Shown here: piece after piece, positions 62,460-64,000 of the stretch | Layout of the letters: the number at the start of each line of letters is the position of its first letter | Position numbering within the stretch: the stretch's first letter is position 1 | Assembly (NCBI GenBank): GCA_965644265.1 | Contig: OZ286470.1 | Coordinates: 55,738,001-55,802,000, forward strand | Origin: Glycera tridactyla | Taxonomy: Eukaryota | Direction of reading: 5' to 3' | DNA: 64,000 bases | Translations under genes and position numbers: made by a program | The notes under the pieces: generated by a model | What the model was told of the DNA's origin: nothing | Seen by the model: only the letters and a program-made list of their open reading frames with translations | Database searches by the model: none

Positions 62460-63940
62460 ATTACCCTCGCTTGGCATTTTCAGAATTCAAGATGGTTGCC
62501 AAGATGTCCACCAAATCACATTATTGACTATAACTTTTGAACCATACCACATAGAATCATCATTTTGGTGTCTAGGATAGGGTTTTGGGGGCCGAGGAAT
62601 CCATTACTGGTGTTCAAATAATCATTCAACCACCCCACATGGTCGAAATGTAAGAAGTCAGCAAATATGGTGACCAAATTCAGGATAACACTCATAGCAT
62701 TTTCTAACTATACCACATGAGAATTACATTTTTAGTGTCTAGGTTATATTTTGGGGATCAAGGAATCCATTTTGATGTTCACATATAAATATATAAGAGA
62801 ATTGATTATTGACAGATGCTGCAAGGTTAGGTGCTGCTGCCACTGGATCCTAAAGTGGACTTCCTCAAACCCTCTCCTGTACAACACTTTCTTCTTCATC
62901 ATCAGTTGGCTTGGTGGTAGTGAATTTGTTCAAACATGATGACCCACCCCACAGGCAAAAAATATCGTACATGGGATTTGGCAATCTGTGCACCCACAGT
63001 TCCCGCTCTTGCATGATGAGTCTCAGTCACAACCACAGCAAATGAGCTTGAGCAAGAAATCTGGTGCCAGGCTAACACCTTCTGTCACTGTAGTTGCAGA
63101 GAGTCACTTGTTGATATCATCAGCTTCCCAGCCATAGTCTCATGGATTGAGTGGTGGGGGCATACCACTGCGCAACTTGGAAGTGTGCTCGTTTTGGGTC
63201 TGCATGAATGCTTCTGTGGTAGGTGCCAGGGAATGGAGTTTTGGTGCACGAGACGACTTAGCCGTCTTTTGCACCCACAGCCACTTATGGCACTCAATCA
63301 TGGTCACACCTAATCTATCATATGCAGAAACCATCAACTTAGTTGCCTCCTTCTCCACATCATCCCAAGGGGCATCAATCGCACTGAGGGAGTCCAGGAC
63401 AAACCCCTTCTTCAATGAGGCAACAGCTTTTGACTTGCCAAAGCCATAACAAGCTGCTACCATATCAAAGTCACTGATAGCATGTATTGCCAGGATTTGT
63501 GGGATGCGAGTAGGGTACATCTTGATTGTTGCAGGAATGTCAACACAAACCCTACCATGGATCGGTGGTTTCATCATCAAAGGAGCTGAGTGACCAGACT
63601 TATGGTAGTGGTAGCAGAGTAGTGTGAACATGTCTGTATCATCTGAGATGACTCAGACACAGTTTCACAGCTCCAGAGGGCATGCATGATGAGTCTTTAT
63701 GTCTGTTTTCTCATGAGTTGAGTACAATGAAAAGTTCTGCTCTCTTTCTCCTCCTGTGCACCACAGTTGGCACTGGCTCTACTCCTGTAATGAATAGGCA
63801 GTTTTCTGATGTCGAATTGTCAAGGAGTTGTTGGTCATTCATAATGAGCTTTAATATGAGGTGGTTAAGCTGTACCTTGTTGGCTACACATTCCAATACA
63901 GCAGTTCATCTTGGGAGGGGAGTTTTTGCACTCACTCTGT
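62460..63940 (-). pseudogene. AcademX-like DNA transposon relic: XPG/FEN1-type nuclease domain plus Cys-rich finger, with subterminal repeats
   Basis: Across frameshifts: NKVQLN..., STHEKTDI (EAD motif), VISDDTDMFTLLCYHY (DTD), HAISDFDMVAACYGFGKSKA (H3TH-like), LAPTTEAF...KRAHFQVAQW, DYGW, then C.CGC...CKSGNCGC...PCTIF; several TGA stops; repeated gtgtctagg...ttttggggg...aggaatccatt at about 62566 and 62733. Confidence 0.75.
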
Positions 63941-64000
63941 GAATTCAGGTTGGGGGAGGGGGGGGGGGGGGGAAGGGGGCCATCTTGCCTGCATGTGCTG

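Overview
Animal (invertebrate-like) nuclear DNA with three assembly gaps (17931-18497, 32015-32328, 46881-47037), dominated by transposable elements inside introns. No prokaryotic features or CRISPR arrays are present. Host genes: the last two coding exons of an RNF141 orthologue (C3HC4 RING E3 ligase) on the minus strand (56390-56512 and 49820-50027), and exons of an unidentified plus-strand gene (best supported 23238-23495 and 23993-24102, probably also about 7975-8433). Retroelements: one apparently intact two-ORF CR1-group (L2/Crack/Daphne-like) LINE (about 470-7201), two decayed LINEs tail-to-tail in the RNF141 intron, a broken Penelope element and SINE fragments. DNA elements: an AcademX-like XPG plus Cys-rich transposase relic, three families of Helentron-type (HINE/DINE-1-like) elements whose internal tandem units are all 145-147 bp, many TA-flanked Tc1/mariner-type MITEs, and CAG(G)G-terminated hAT-like elements with atypical 5- or 6-bp target duplications. 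Several nested insertions can be proven by restoring the interrupted sequence. I found no clearly unprecedented system; the most notable signals are the atypical-TSD hAT set, the Helentron arrays, the intact LINE and the Academ relic.
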